Source: Ostreococcus lucimarinus | Taxonomy: Eukaryota | DNA: 64,000 nt | Assembly (NCBI GenBank): GCA_000092065.1 | Contig: CP000596.1 | Strand: one strand, 5' to 3' | In this document: positions 10,139 to 20,388 of the stretch, piece by piece | How positions within the stretch are numbered: the stretch's first letter is position 1 | How the letters are laid out: each line of letters begins with the position of its first letter | The notes under the pieces: generated by a model | Seen by the model: only the letters and a program-made list of their open reading frames with translations | What the model was told of the DNA's origin: nothing | Databases searched by the model: none | Program-made: the position numbers and the translations under genes

Positions 10139-13000
10139 ATGTCGCGAATCGCCGCGCTTCGCGCGCTCGCGCTCGTCGCGTGCGTCGCGACGCTCGTCGA
10201 TCGTCGATGCGGCGTCCCGTCGTCGTCGTCGGCGTCCGACGCGACGGCGTTCGACGAGTCGCGCGCGCGCGCGACGGCGCGCGCGCTCGAGGCGCTCGGC
10301 GCGCGACCGTGCGGGACGCCCGCCGAGGCGCGCGGATTCGCGACGCTCGAGCGCGCGACGACGACGATGGCCGAGGCGCTCGCGCGGGACGCGGGCGCAC
10401 ACGGCGTCGCGTCCTGGACGACCGCGGAGACGCGCGCGACGTCGACGTGGACGAGCGAGGCGTACGAGACGACGTACGCGAACGCGACGGCGACGACGAC
10501 GAAGGCGATGAATCGGGACGCGATCGAGCGGTTAGGGTACGACGAGCGCGTGGTCGTCGTGAGCGCGCACGTGGACACGGCGCACGCGAGCGCGGGCGGG
10601 AGCGACGCGGGAGCGTGCGCGGCGATCGCGCTGGAGACGATGCGGGCGCTGTCGGCGCGAATCGCGGCGGCGGCGAACGAAAAGGCGAAGAGCGGAGGGA
10701 CGGCGTCGCCGGTGATGTGCGACGCGAAAGCGCGGCGGTGCGCGTCGGTGGTTTTGACGTTTAGCACGGCGGAGGAGGACGGATTGGCGGGCGCGCGAGG
10801 GTTGACGGCGTCGCGGGAGTGGGCGCGGCGAGCGCCGCAGGCGATTTTAAACCTCGAGTCGATGGGCGCGGGCGGGCCGCATCGAATGTTTCAGGCGCGC
10901 GCGGACACGGCGGTCGGAAGGCAGGCGCTGCGCGCGTGGGCGCGCGTCGCGCCGCTCGCGAGCGGCGGCGTCTTCGGAGACGATGTGTTCAAGTCGGGGT
11001 TGATCAACAGCGGCACCGATTACTCGGTGTTTCGGAAATTTAGCGACGCCGAGGCGCTGTTCGATTTCGCGTTCGTCGAGCGCACGATGGTGTATCACAC
11101 GCCGCGAGATCGGGTGAAATATATCCGGCCGGGGTCGTTTAAGCATTCGGGGGAGAATTTGCTCGAGTTTTTATCGGACTACGTCACGCGCGGCGGATTC
11201 GAGAGCGAAGGCGACGACGCGCGCGCGACGAAATCATCGCCGCCGGTGTCGTGGTACACGATCCCTGGATACGGCATGGTGGTGCACGACGCGCCTCGGC
11301 GCGAGACGCACGCGGTCTTCTTCGCCGCGCCGCTCGTCCTCTTCGCCGCGTTTTTGCACAAGGCGTACGTCGGCGAAATATTCGCCTCGTCGTCGGCTTG
11401 CTCCGAAGCCGCGCGCGTTCGCATGGAAAACACGTTTCGACTCATGGTGAGCGTCCCGTTCGTCATCGCGGGGTGCGCCGCGAGCTGGATGGGTGCCATC
11501 GCATCAGCCGCGCTCGCGCCCGCGACGGTGGCGTTCGCGTTCGGCGAGCCGAGTTTGTACGTCGCTCGTCCGCTCGCGCTCGGCGCGCTCGCGGGCTCAG
11601 CCGCGTGTCTCGCCTTCATCTGCGTTCAAAGGTTCACGCGCATGCTCGCGTTCGCGATGATGCCCTTACCGGTGAAGATGAAATCGAACGCCGACGACGA
11701 GCGCGTCGTCGAGTGGTCGCTGCTTCTGGGAAACGTCGCGATTTGGGGCGCGGCGGCGTCTCGCGCGACGCGCGCCGAGATCGGCTCGTCCTACATCCCG
11801 CTGCTTTGGCTGATATTGCCGTCGTCCATAATCATCGCGCCGGTTCTCGTGCCGTGGATTCTCGCGCATGGTCGATCGAGCGAAACGGAAGCCGCGCCGC
11901 CGCCGCCGACGCCGATGAACGTCGCGTTCGCCATCGCCGCGCCGGTGTGGATTACGTTTCCGAACGCCGCCCTCGTGCTTCGCGTCTTGCAAGGCATCGG
12001 CGCGCGTTCGCCTCTGAGTGATGATATCGTGTATCTCTACGACGCCATCGGCGGCGCCGTGGTCGGGATCTTCGTCGCCATGACGTGTAGCTTTTTGGTT
12101 CCGGGCGCGGTGGCGAAGGAGGACTCGGCGTCGTGGCGGCGCGGCGCCAGGATCTCAATCATCACGCTCGCTTCGGCGTGCGCGTATACCGTGGTTTTCA
12201 TGCGCGCGAACGCGGGCGTGCACTGGACGGCGTTGTCGCCGCAGCCACTGGTCTTGACGCACATCTCCGACGCGTCGTTTTCTCGCTCGCGCGTCGTGTT
12301 GGCGCGCGCTGGAGCGTCTCGCACGCGACGCGTCGTCGAGCACCTCGAATCCAACCCCGCCATCGCTCGCGCGTTCACGTTCGATTGCACCGCCAACGCG
12401 ACGTATGATTTTGTGAACACCGTCGTCAGGGGCGCGTGCGTGATCGATGCGAAACAGAAGACACCCGGCGTCGACGCGCTCGCGATGGAGGCGAGAGCCA
12501 CTGGAGCGTCGCCGCCGAAATTTACGACGCCGCGCCAAAGACACGCACCGAACGTGCGTTCGGTGACGATGGACGTGGGCGAAAGCACGCGATGGGTGCT
12601 CGCGGTGGACACGCGGTGCGTCGCTCGCGTCGCCATCAAGGCGCTTTACGATGAAAACGACGACGAATCGCCCGAGCAATGGGTGCGCGTCGAGCCGTAC
12701 GCGCCCGGCGGCAAGAAACGACACGTGCTCAACGGCGTCGGCGGCCTCTCGGCGCCGTCGACGTACGCGATTTGGTATGAAACGCGCGACGCGGAGACGC
12801 GCGCTCGTTACTTTTCGAGCGACGACGAAGCGCAAGCGCGCGCGTGCGCCAAAGGCTTGCGCGCGCGAACGGATTACGTCGCGCGAACGCCGAGCGTCGT
12901 CGCCGTCGACGCGGCTTTGCCCACATGGGCGGTGCCGTTCGGTAAACATCGAAGCCCGCAATGGCTAGGTTTCGTAGAAACGCACGATGTGTTGAATTGA
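10139..13000 (+). CDS. ER metallopeptidase 1-like (M28 peptidase domain plus polytopic membrane domain, ERMP1/FXNA type)
   Basis: ATG at 10139 (MSRIAALRALALVACVATLV, signal/anchor). The M28 metal-binding region reads VVVVSAHVDTAHASAGGSDAGACAAIALE. The C-terminal half has about 9 hydrophobic helices. The first 30 codons of the listed ORF are Arg-rich read-through. Confidence 0.75.
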   Translation: MSRIAALRALALVACVATLVDRRCGVPSSSSASDATAFDESRARATARALEALGARPCGTPAEARGFATLERATTTMAEALARDAGAHGVASWTTAETRATSTWTSEAYETTYANATATTTKAMNRDAIERLGYDERVVVVSAHVDTAHASAGGSDAGACAAIALETMRALSARIAAAANEKAKSGGTASPVMCDAKARRCASVVLTFSTAEEDGLAGARGLTASREWARRAPQAILNLESMGAGGPHRMFQARADTAVGRQALRAWARVAPLASGGVFGDDVFKSGLINSGTDYSVFRKFSDAEALFDFAFVERTMVYHTPRDRVKYIRPGSFKHSGENLLEFLSDYVTRGGFESEGDDARATKSSPPVSWYTIPGYGMVVHDAPRRETHAVFFAAPLVLFAAFLHKAYVGEIFASSSACSEAARVRMENTFRLMVSVPFVIAGCAASWMGAIASAALAPATVAFAFGEPSLYVARPLALGALAGSAACLAFICVQRFTRMLAFAMMPLPVKMKSNADDERVVEWSLLLGNVAIWGAAASRATRAEIGSSYIPLLWLILPSSIIIAPVLVPWILAHGRSSETEAAPPPPTPMNVAFAIAAPVWITFPNAALVLRVLQGIGARSPLSDDIVYLYDAIGGAVVGIFVAMTCSFLVPGAVAKEDSASWRRGARISIITLASACAYTVVFMRANAGVHWTALSPQPLVLTHISDASFSRSRVVLARAGASRTRRVVEHLESNPAIARAFTFDCTANATYDFVNTVVRGACVIDAKQKTPGVDALAMEARATGASPPKFTTPRQRHAPNVRSVTMDVGESTRWVLAVDTRCVARVAIKALYDENDDESPEQWVRVEPYAPGGKKRHVLNGVGGLSAPSTYAIWYETRDAETRARYFSSDDEAQARACAKGLRARTDYVARTPSVVAVDAALPTWAVPFGKHRSPQWLGFVETHDVLN

Positions 13001-13020
13001 ATTAAATTGAATCGGCTCGT

Positions 13021-13704
13021 TCACGCCGCCGCCGCGCTTCTCGAAGAGCGAGTCTCCACGAAGAGCAAGTCTTCATCCGTCCCGAACGCCGTCCGCGCCT
13101 CGTCGAACCGCGCGCGAGAGACCATCACGTCGCCCCCATCCGGCGCCGGGTCGAATATTCTAAATCGAATCACCCTCCCGCCGTCGACGTCCGCGCCTCG
13201 CACGACGACGAAGTGCCCGACGAAATCGCGCTCGCGTTCGCGTTCGCCCTCCCGCGCCGTCAACAACCGCGCGTCCACCAGAGCCACGCACCGCACCGCC
13301 CGCGTCGAGAGCGCTCGCGCGATGTCCTCCGCGCGCATCCTCGCGCGCACCACCGTCGAGGCGTCCGCGCGCGCGAAGAGCCTCGCCACGCGCTCGCAGT
13401 CCTTTATCAACTCGTTCTCGTAAAAGCCGTCGTTCGCGTACCGCGGATCGACGCCCGCGCGCGTCGTCACCAGCGTCGCCCTCGCGCCCGTCGCTCGCAC
13501 CGCGCGCAGCAAATCGATCGTCCAGCACGACCTCGCGCGCAGCGCCCGTCGCAGGGCGTCGCGCGGCGTCCCGCTCGCGCTCGCCGCCGCGCTCAGCCCG
13601 CAGTCCCACGCCGAGCGCTGTTCGCGCGGCGTCCAATCCGCCGCCTCGTCGCGCGCGCGCGCGGGAAACCGTCCAAACGTTCGGTCGAACGCGCGCGCCG
13701 TCAT
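13021..13704 (-). CDS. GUCD1 / plant GC1-like protein (guanylyl-cyclase-domain-containing, papain-like fold)
   Basis: ATG at 13704 (MTARAFDRTFG..). Motifs SAWDCGLSAA, CWTIDLL, GHFVVVRGAD and AFGTDEDLLFV are collinear with Arabidopsis GC1 / human GUCD1 (SWDCGLAC, IWTVDL, GHYVVICGYD, SFGTDEDLLL). Confidence 0.7.
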   Translation of the reverse strand: MTARAFDRTFGRFPARARDEAADWTPREQRSAWDCGLSAAASASGTPRDALRRALRARSCWTIDLLRAVRATGARATLVTTRAGVDPRYANDGFYENELIKDCERVARLFARADASTVVRARMRAEDIARALSTRAVRCVALVDARLLTAREGERERERDFVGHFVVVRGADVDGGRVIRFRIFDPAPDGGDVMVSRARFDEARTAFGTDEDLLFVETRSSRSAAAA

Positions 13705-14376
13705 GGCGCGCGCGCGCGCGGTCCGGTCGTCGTCGTCGCGCCGTCGCGTTCGCATCGTTCGAACACCGTTACTCGAAATGTTTGATTGATGAAGGCGCGA
13801 TTCGTCGCGCGAGGACGCGAAATGCGGCGCCGAGGCGCGCGCGCGACGCGCGCGACGGCGTCGTTCGCGCGCGTCGTCGCGCGCGGCGCGCGGCGCGCGG
13901 CGCGCGGCGGTGTGAGGAAATGGAGCGTCGACTCGCGCTCACGCGAGGCACGGGACGGCGGCGGCGGCGGCGAAGAGGAGCGACGCGCGCTCGCTCGCGG
14001 CGATGGCGGCGCACGCGCTCGAGCCCGACGCCGACGTGGTGCCGACGGCGCACGCGGCGCACGCGCTCGAGCCCGCGTTCGCGGCGAACGTGCCCGACGG
14101 ACAGAAATCACACGCGCCGGCGACGCGTCCGCGCGCGCGCGCCCGGGATCGATCGCTCACTGTTACTCATACCCGAATGTCCGAAATCGTCGTCGTATTT
14201 ATGCGCGACGCGCACCGTACTCGAGCGCTCTGAAAGGCCATCAGTAAAGCGTCGCGAGACGTCGCGTCCGACCGCCTCCCGCGCGCGCGTCGCACACCGC
14301 GACGCGCGCGCGCGACGCGACGGACGACGCGGAAGACGACACGGAAGACGGACGACGGACGCTCGAACCGCGAGCG

Positions 14377-15447
14377 ATGCCGACCGCCGCGATGACGGCG
14401 CGAACGAAGGACGAACGACGACGATTCGTCGTTCGAGGCGCGATCACGCGCGCGCCCTGCCTCCCGGAATTGAGCGCGAAGGCGACGCCGGAAGCGCGTA
14501 AGAAGGTCGATTTCAACGAGGTGATGAAGAAGGCGTCCGCGCGGGCGTTTCGCGGCGGCGTCGCGGGATTCGCGGCGGGCGTGATTCAGGTCGGGACGTT
14601 CATGTGGATGCGAACGGCGATGAATTATCAGTACGCGAACGGCGGGACGATGCTGTCGAGCATTAAGGCGCTGTATAAGGAGGGCGGAGTGCCGAGATTG
14701 TATAAGGGGATGTCGTTTGCGATCGTGCAAGCGCCGTTGAGCCGATTCGGGGACACGGCGGCGAACACTGGGGTGATCGCGGCGTTGGAGGCGTACTATC
14801 CGCAAATGCCGGTGAGCGTGATGACGGGATTCGCGAGCGTCGGAGGCGCGACGTGGCGGATCTTTTTAACGCCCGTGGACACGTTCAAGACGACGCTGCA
14901 AGTGCAAGGGAACGCGGCCTTCGCGTTGTTGAAGGATAAGGTGCGAACTGGTGGCGTCGGAGTGTTGTACAACGGCGCGGCGGCGAACTTCGCGGCGAAC
15001 TGGGTCGGCAACTATCCGTGGTTCGCGACGTTCAACTACTTGCAAAAGGCGATCCCGAAGCAAGACACGAAGTTGAAGAACAACGCGCGCAACGCTTTGA
15101 TCGGTATGGCGGCGTCGATCGTGTCCGATTGCATCTCCAACTCTTTGCGCGTCGTGAAGACGGTCAAGCAAACCTCTGGCGACGCCAAGTTGAGTTACAC
15201 GGGCGCCATCAAGGGTGTGCTCGAAAAGGACGGCATGAAGGGCTTGTTCGGCCGTGGATTGTCCACGCGCATCGCCACGAATGTGTTGCAAGCCATGGTG
15301 TTCTCTGTGGCGTGGAAGGCTATCGAGGAAGAGCTCAACAAGAAGGCTGAAGCCAAGAACGCCGCGCCGGCGAAGAAGGGCAAAAAGGCGTCCCTCACCG
15401 CCGCGCAAGTCGCCGGCGTCGGGTTACCCCCGCTCAGCATCGCGTAA
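14377..15447 (+). CDS. mitochondrial carrier family (SLC25-like) protein with N-terminal presequence
   Basis: 356 aa. Carrier-repeat signatures LTPVDTFKTTLQV and SNSLRVVKTVKQT are present. Six predicted helices follow an S/T/R-rich N-terminus. Confidence 0.6.
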   Translation: MPTAAMTARTKDERRRFVVRGAITRAPCLPELSAKATPEARKKVDFNEVMKKASARAFRGGVAGFAAGVIQVGTFMWMRTAMNYQYANGGTMLSSIKALYKEGGVPRLYKGMSFAIVQAPLSRFGDTAANTGVIAALEAYYPQMPVSVMTGFASVGGATWRIFLTPVDTFKTTLQVQGNAAFALLKDKVRTGGVGVLYNGAAANFAANWVGNYPWFATFNYLQKAIPKQDTKLKNNARNALIGMAASIVSDCISNSLRVVKTVKQTSGDAKLSYTGAIKGVLEKDGMKGLFGRGLSTRIATNVLQAMVFSVAWKAIEEELNKKAEAKNAAPAKKGKKASLTAAQVAGVGLPPLSIA

Positions 15448-15681
15448 ACAAACGCGATTAATATCTGTAGATCATTCGATCTCTGTGCCGCTCGAAAACC
15501 GAGCAGCGCACATTTTTCTCGCGTCGACACGAAGCAGAGCGCTCGCGGGGCGAGCGGTGATACAATACGCCGTTTCGCTCTTCGGCGAATTCCAGCATGT
15601 GAAATAAACACGCACGTATATAATCATAATCACAATGCTCGTCTCTCTAACTAAAACTTAATATCCTCGTCACACGCGCGC

Positions 15682-16977
15682 TCACGCCGCGACCGGGTCG
15701 AGCTGCTTGTCCGTGAACACCCACTCGTCGCCCTTCTTGACGACGGCGATGCACTTGCTGCCGACGCGCCAAGTCGCCGTGGCGATGGGCGTCGGGTCAT
15801 ACAGGTACAGATCCGGGAACGCCTTTTGCAACGCCTCGGTGGCCTTCTTGGCGTGGTAGTGCGGGATGGTGTGGTTGATGTGATGCGCGACGTGCGTGCT
15901 GCCGATGCGGTGGTGCAAAAAGTCAAACACTGGCCCGTACGGGCGATCAATCGTCATAAACGCGCCCTTGACCAAGTTCCAGTCGTCGCCCTCAAAGTGC
16001 GGCACGTCCACGTCAGTGTGCTGCAACCACGTGTACAGGACGAGCCAAAAGTTGGTCACCATGTACGGTCCGACGTAGAGCGCCATGACGGTGGCGACAC
16101 CGCTGTGCGCCGCCCACGCCGCGAGCGCTCCCAAAACCGCCACGACGCCGACGTCGCTCTGCCAAACCTTCTTCGCCCACTTCCCCGGGAACAACGCGTG
16201 CTTACCCTTCTCGCCCATGAACGGCAAGAAGTGGTTCGTGTTCCCGCGAACCGGCCCACCGCTGGCGCCGGTGAGCAAATAAATCGGCCACCCCAAGGCG
16301 AACACTCCGACGAGGTTCAAAAACGTAAACGGCCCTTCGCCGAGCAACCCGCGCAACTTGAACATCACGTTCGCGTCCTCCGTCCCCAACCGCGCCGGCA
16401 CGTGCGTCTCTCCCTCGAGCACGTGATTAGTCCTCGAGTGATGCACCGCGTGCGACCGCTGCCACGAAAAATACGGCACCAACAACAACGAGTGCAGCGC
16501 GTATCCCACCGCGTCTTGAATCGTTTTATCGTCGCTAAACGCGCCGTGTCCGCACTCGTGCGCCGCGACCCAGCACCCGGTCGCCGCCGTTCCCGTCACG
16601 AACGCGTACGCCACCCACACCGGCCAATACGCCGCCGTCACCGGCACGCACGCCCACGCCAGCGCGCCGCACGCCAGCGTGATCGCCGTCGAGCACGCCG
16701 CGTACGCGAGCGACTTTCCCGTGTCCCGCTCGAAGCACTCCCTCGGGATCGCGCGCAGCACCTCTTGCATCGTCGGGAACGTCTTCGCCTCGGCGTTCAG
16801 CGCCTTGGCGTTCAAGCCCGAGCGCAGTTGTTCGTGTCGCGACGTGTCGTAGGTCGTCGCGGCGTCGGCGCGCGCGGCGCGGGCGACGCGCGCGCGATCG
16901 CGACGTGACGTCGTCGAGCGAGAGAACGCGGCGCGCGGGAGCGCGCGAGCGCGCGGGAGCGTCAGAGCGCGGAGCAT
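15682..16977 (-). CDS. plastid-type omega-6 (delta-12) fatty-acid desaturase, FAD6/DesA-like
   Basis: The N-terminal MLRALTLPRARALPRAAFSRSTTSRR looks like a transit peptide. His boxes are HECGHGAFS, HHSRTNH and HVAHHINH. Confidence 0.85.
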   Translation of the reverse strand: MLRALTLPRARALPRAAFSRSTTSRRDRARVARAARADAATTYDTSRHEQLRSGLNAKALNAEAKTFPTMQEVLRAIPRECFERDTGKSLAYAACSTAITLACGALAWACVPVTAAYWPVWVAYAFVTGTAATGCWVAAHECGHGAFSDDKTIQDAVGYALHSLLLVPYFSWQRSHAVHHSRTNHVLEGETHVPARLGTEDANVMFKLRGLLGEGPFTFLNLVGVFALGWPIYLLTGASGGPVRGNTNHFLPFMGEKGKHALFPGKWAKKVWQSDVGVVAVLGALAAWAAHSGVATVMALYVGPYMVTNFWLVLYTWLQHTDVDVPHFEGDDWNLVKGAFMTIDRPYGPVFDFLHHRIGSTHVAHHINHTIPHYHAKKATEALQKAFPDLYLYDPTPIATATWRVGSKCIAVVKKGDEWVFTDKQLDPVAA

Positions 16978-17143
16978 GACGCGCGACTGTCGTTCGTGGA
17001 TCGCGGTGCCGCGGGAAAGCGGTCGACGCGCGAGCGCCGGTGAGTGCGAACGCGACGACGCGACGGGAGAGCCTTATCCCGCGAGGCGCGAAGGCGGACG
17101 CGAGGCGAGCGAAACGCGCGAACGAATCGGGGCGTTACAAAGG

Positions 17144-20100
17144 CTAGACGACGCGCGAGAGACGCATGGAACGTAAAATCTTATCCACGAGTTGTGCGAT
17201 CACGGTGTGGGATTGACGCTCGTCGCCGTGGTCGGTGAATAAAGACTTGAGCCTGGCGACGACGTCGTGGCGGATGATGAGCTCCTTGGGACGCTGGGCG
17301 TGCTCGTGGACGACGCCGAGGGTCTTGAGAAGGGTGATGCGGATCGTCGGTTTCGTGGTTGGGGAAGTGATGGCGTCCATGAGGGATGGGATGAAATCCT
17401 CGTTGGCCAGGGCTTGGCACAAGCGGGGGGATTTGGAGATGAGATCGAGCAAGGCTTCGAGGACGTTGGCTTGGGAGGTGGATTCGTCGAGGACCTCGAG
17501 GATGGAATCGATGGCGTCCGTCTCGAGCAAGCGAGCTTCGACTTTCCACGGTTCGATAGCGAGCCAGGAACCGACGGCATTGAGCGCGGAGAGTGTCCAT
17601 CCGGAGTTCACGGCTATGAGCTGGACGTAGGTGTCCAACGCGCCGTGCTTCTCCAAAATTTCGCGCGTTTTCCGACTCGTCGACGCCATGTCGCACAAGA
17701 GCGGCACGGCGAGCGTCATCGCGGAAGAGCGCGCGGTGGTCGCGACTGCGGCGGTGTTGACTTTATCGCCATTCGTGGCCGTCGACATCGAGCCATCTCC
17801 GTTCTTTTCGTCCCGAGCGCTGGCGATGATTTGAACGAGGATTGGAATCAAACCCGCCACGGCGGCTTGCTCCTGACGCTCCTTGTTCACCGCGCACAAG
17901 TTGTGCAACGCCTTCAGCGCCATCTCCCACGATTGCGCGTGACCACTTCGAAAGTTACCTTCGACGCATTTCACCAATTTGGGAATCGCTCCGGCGTTTT
18001 GCAACACATGAAATGCATTCGTTTGTTGAGACAGCAAGTGCACCAGACCGAGAATCTTCGTCGCCGTCGAGCGAGGGACGACGCTCAATTGCGCCAAACA
18101 TCCGTGAATAATTCTCACGTCCACGAGCGCCTTGGAGACTTCTGCGCATCCTTCACCACGTTTGGCGACACGATACAGCGTCTCGGCGACGAGTTCGCGG
18201 TAATACTTGCCCCCACTGGAACCTCCGCTGCGCGATCGACTGATCGTACTCGCGCCGCCGATTGATCCTGTCATCGACGAACCCCCCTCGCTGCGCGCGT
18301 CGTCGATATCGTCCGTGATCATCGCCGCATCTTCTAAACTCGCTGTGTGCGTTGCACCGAGCAAGGTGACAAGTTTCGGGAACAGGCCTGCGCTAGCAAG
18401 GGCAAGCGAGACGGTTTGAGCGAGTTGTTTCGGCAGCTGGTCGCCGCGCTCGATCTCCGCGGCAATATAAATCGCCCCGAGTGCGTATTTGGTGAGCTCG
18501 CGCCCGTTTCCGCTGTATCCGTAATCCAATACGTCGACTAATATGGGAAGCGCCCCGCATGCGACGAGACATCGTGTGAACACCGGTCCAGCCTTGGCGG
18601 TGGCGCGACACAGCCGCAACGCCGCGAGCTTGATCCTCATGCTTGAATCCTTCTTTTTCAGCACCTCTAAAGCCCTAGGTAGCACCGCAAGCGTGACGAA
18701 CGATGTGAGTATATCTCTGCTCAACATACTCGCTGCCGTGACACACTCTAACGCCACCGTTCGCATTCTTGCCGACGCCGATTCATTTTCTAAGACGTTG
18801 ACGAAAACGCCGCACGCTCGCGTGGTAAAGAGCGTCTCGTTCGCCACCAATACGCTCGTAGCGGTCTCCATCGCGCGTACGAATTCTGCACCAGCCTGTT
18901 CGGCGTCATCTATCGCCGCCACATCACTCGTTGACGTGCCGAACGCATCCTTCAAGCGATCGACGATTGAGATGAGCGATTTGTTGAAGTCGATTTGCGC
19001 CTTTGTCACGCCCGAGTCGCTCTTCATAAAGTTCCCCAAATCGCTCTTCATAAAGTTTTCTAAGTCCTTTTGCGAGCTTGAGCGCTCGCTCGCGGCTATT
19101 AGGGGTGACGAATTGGCGGCTGCGGCGTCGTCCGCCGCCGTGACGTCGCCGTTCACGCCAACTTTTGCCATTTGATCGATGACTTTAACGATGACGCCTT
19201 CCTCCGCGTCGTCATTCTGCGTTCGCCCACCGCTCGCGTCTCGTTTGGTCCACGTCTCGGCGAGCACTTTGTGCTCGTCCATCAACCACGTGTGGTTGAT
19301 CAACTCCTCCGCGCTCGGTCGATCTTTCGGGTCCCTTTTGAAGCACAACAACAAGAAATCCCGCAACGCCTCTGAAATCCCCGTCGGCAGCGGCGGGTGC
19401 TCGTCGCGTACGATCCTAAACAACGCCGGCATGGGATCGAGATCAAAATACGGCGGGTTGCTGGTCAATAACTCTATGATAGTACATCCCACGCTCCATA
19501 TATCCGCCGCCGCCGTGACGCTCCGCATTTCGATCACTTCCGGCGCCATCCAATACGGAGTCCCCAGCGCCTTGTCGCCCTCGCCCTCACCCTCGGCTCG
19601 CGTCCCATCGCCAATCCCGCGCCCATCGCTCGCATCACCATCGCTTCCTTCCGACCTCCCCTCCGCCCCGAACACACCACTCAACCCATCCCCCGACGCC
19701 CGTCCGCCCTTTGTCGCCACGCCGAAATCCGCCAACTTCACCACTCCCTCCTTCGTCGTCAATATATTCGCCCCCTTGATGTCCCTGTGCACCACTCCTT
19801 GCGAGTGCAAGTACGCCAACCCTCTCAACACCTGCGCGACGTACACCGCGCACAGGCTCTCCGGGAACGCCCCGAATCGACTCGGATGTACCGTTCGCGC
19901 CAGCGACCCATTCTCCGCGTACTCCAGCATGATGTACAAGCACTCCTCCACGCGCACCGCGCCCTCATATTTCACGATATTCGCGTGTTCGAGCCTCGAC
20001 AGCAGCTCCACTTCGCTCGTGATGCGCTCGAGCTGCTCGACCGGGACGCCGCGCAGCGGAATCTCCTTCACCGCGCAAATCGACCCCGTGCGCTGGTCGA

Positions 20101-20209
20101 CGGCTTTGTGCACGCGCGACGTCGCGCCGGAGCCGATGAGCTCGCCCAGGATGTGGTTACCGACGCGTTTCACCGCGTGGTGCGGCGACGCCGGCGGCGA
20201 CGCCGGCAT
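17144..20209 (-). CDS. MAP3K-epsilon / Cdc7-like Ser/Thr kinase with ARM/HEAT repeats
   Basis: ATG at 20209 (MPASPPASPHHAVKRVGNHILGELIGSGATSRVHKAV). Kinase motifs HRDIKGANIL, DFGVA and GTPYWMAPEV, then about 650 aa of helical repeats. Matches plant M3KE1/2 and S. pombe Cdc7 architecture. Confidence 0.8.
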   Translation of the reverse strand: MPASPPASPHHAVKRVGNHILGELIGSGATSRVHKAVDQRTGSICAVKEIPLRGVPVEQLERITSEVELLSRLEHANIVKYEGAVRVEECLYIMLEYAENGSLARTVHPSRFGAFPESLCAVYVAQVLRGLAYLHSQGVVHRDIKGANILTTKEGVVKLADFGVATKGGRASGDGLSGVFGAEGRSEGSDGDASDGRGIGDGTRAEGEGEGDKALGTPYWMAPEVIEMRSVTAAADIWSVGCTIIELLTSNPPYFDLDPMPALFRIVRDEHPPLPTGISEALRDFLLLCFKRDPKDRPSAEELINHTWLMDEHKVLAETWTKRDASGGRTQNDDAEEGVIVKVIDQMAKVGVNGDVTAADDAAAANSSPLIAASERSSSQKDLENFMKSDLGNFMKSDSGVTKAQIDFNKSLISIVDRLKDAFGTSTSDVAAIDDAEQAGAEFVRAMETATSVLVANETLFTTRACGVFVNVLENESASARMRTVALECVTAASMLSRDILTSFVTLAVLPRALEVLKKKDSSMRIKLAALRLCRATAKAGPVFTRCLVACGALPILVDVLDYGYSGNGRELTKYALGAIYIAAEIERGDQLPKQLAQTVSLALASAGLFPKLVTLLGATHTASLEDAAMITDDIDDARSEGGSSMTGSIGGASTISRSRSGGSSGGKYYRELVAETLYRVAKRGEGCAEVSKALVDVRIIHGCLAQLSVVPRSTATKILGLVHLLSQQTNAFHVLQNAGAIPKLVKCVEGNFRSGHAQSWEMALKALHNLCAVNKERQEQAAVAGLIPILVQIIASARDEKNGDGSMSTATNGDKVNTAAVATTARSSAMTLAVPLLCDMASTSRKTREILEKHGALDTYVQLIAVNSGWTLSALNAVGSWLAIEPWKVEARLLETDAIDSILEVLDESTSQANVLEALLDLISKSPRLCQALANEDFIPSLMDAITSPTTKPTIRITLLKTLGVVHEHAQRPKELIIRHDVVARLKSLFTDHGDERQSHTVIAQLVDKILRSMRLSRVV

Positions 20210-20388
20210 GGCGCGTCGGAGAGTGCGTTCGATGCGATTGAGATTGGCGACGACGGTTGAAAATTTGAGATTTCGGCGGAGGCGCGGTCGGCGACGGATG
20301 CACGCGCGATGCGGGACGCGCGCGACGCGAACGCGCGTCACGAACGAAATGAAAAGACTCGCATGAGATTACACGCGAGATGGCGCGG

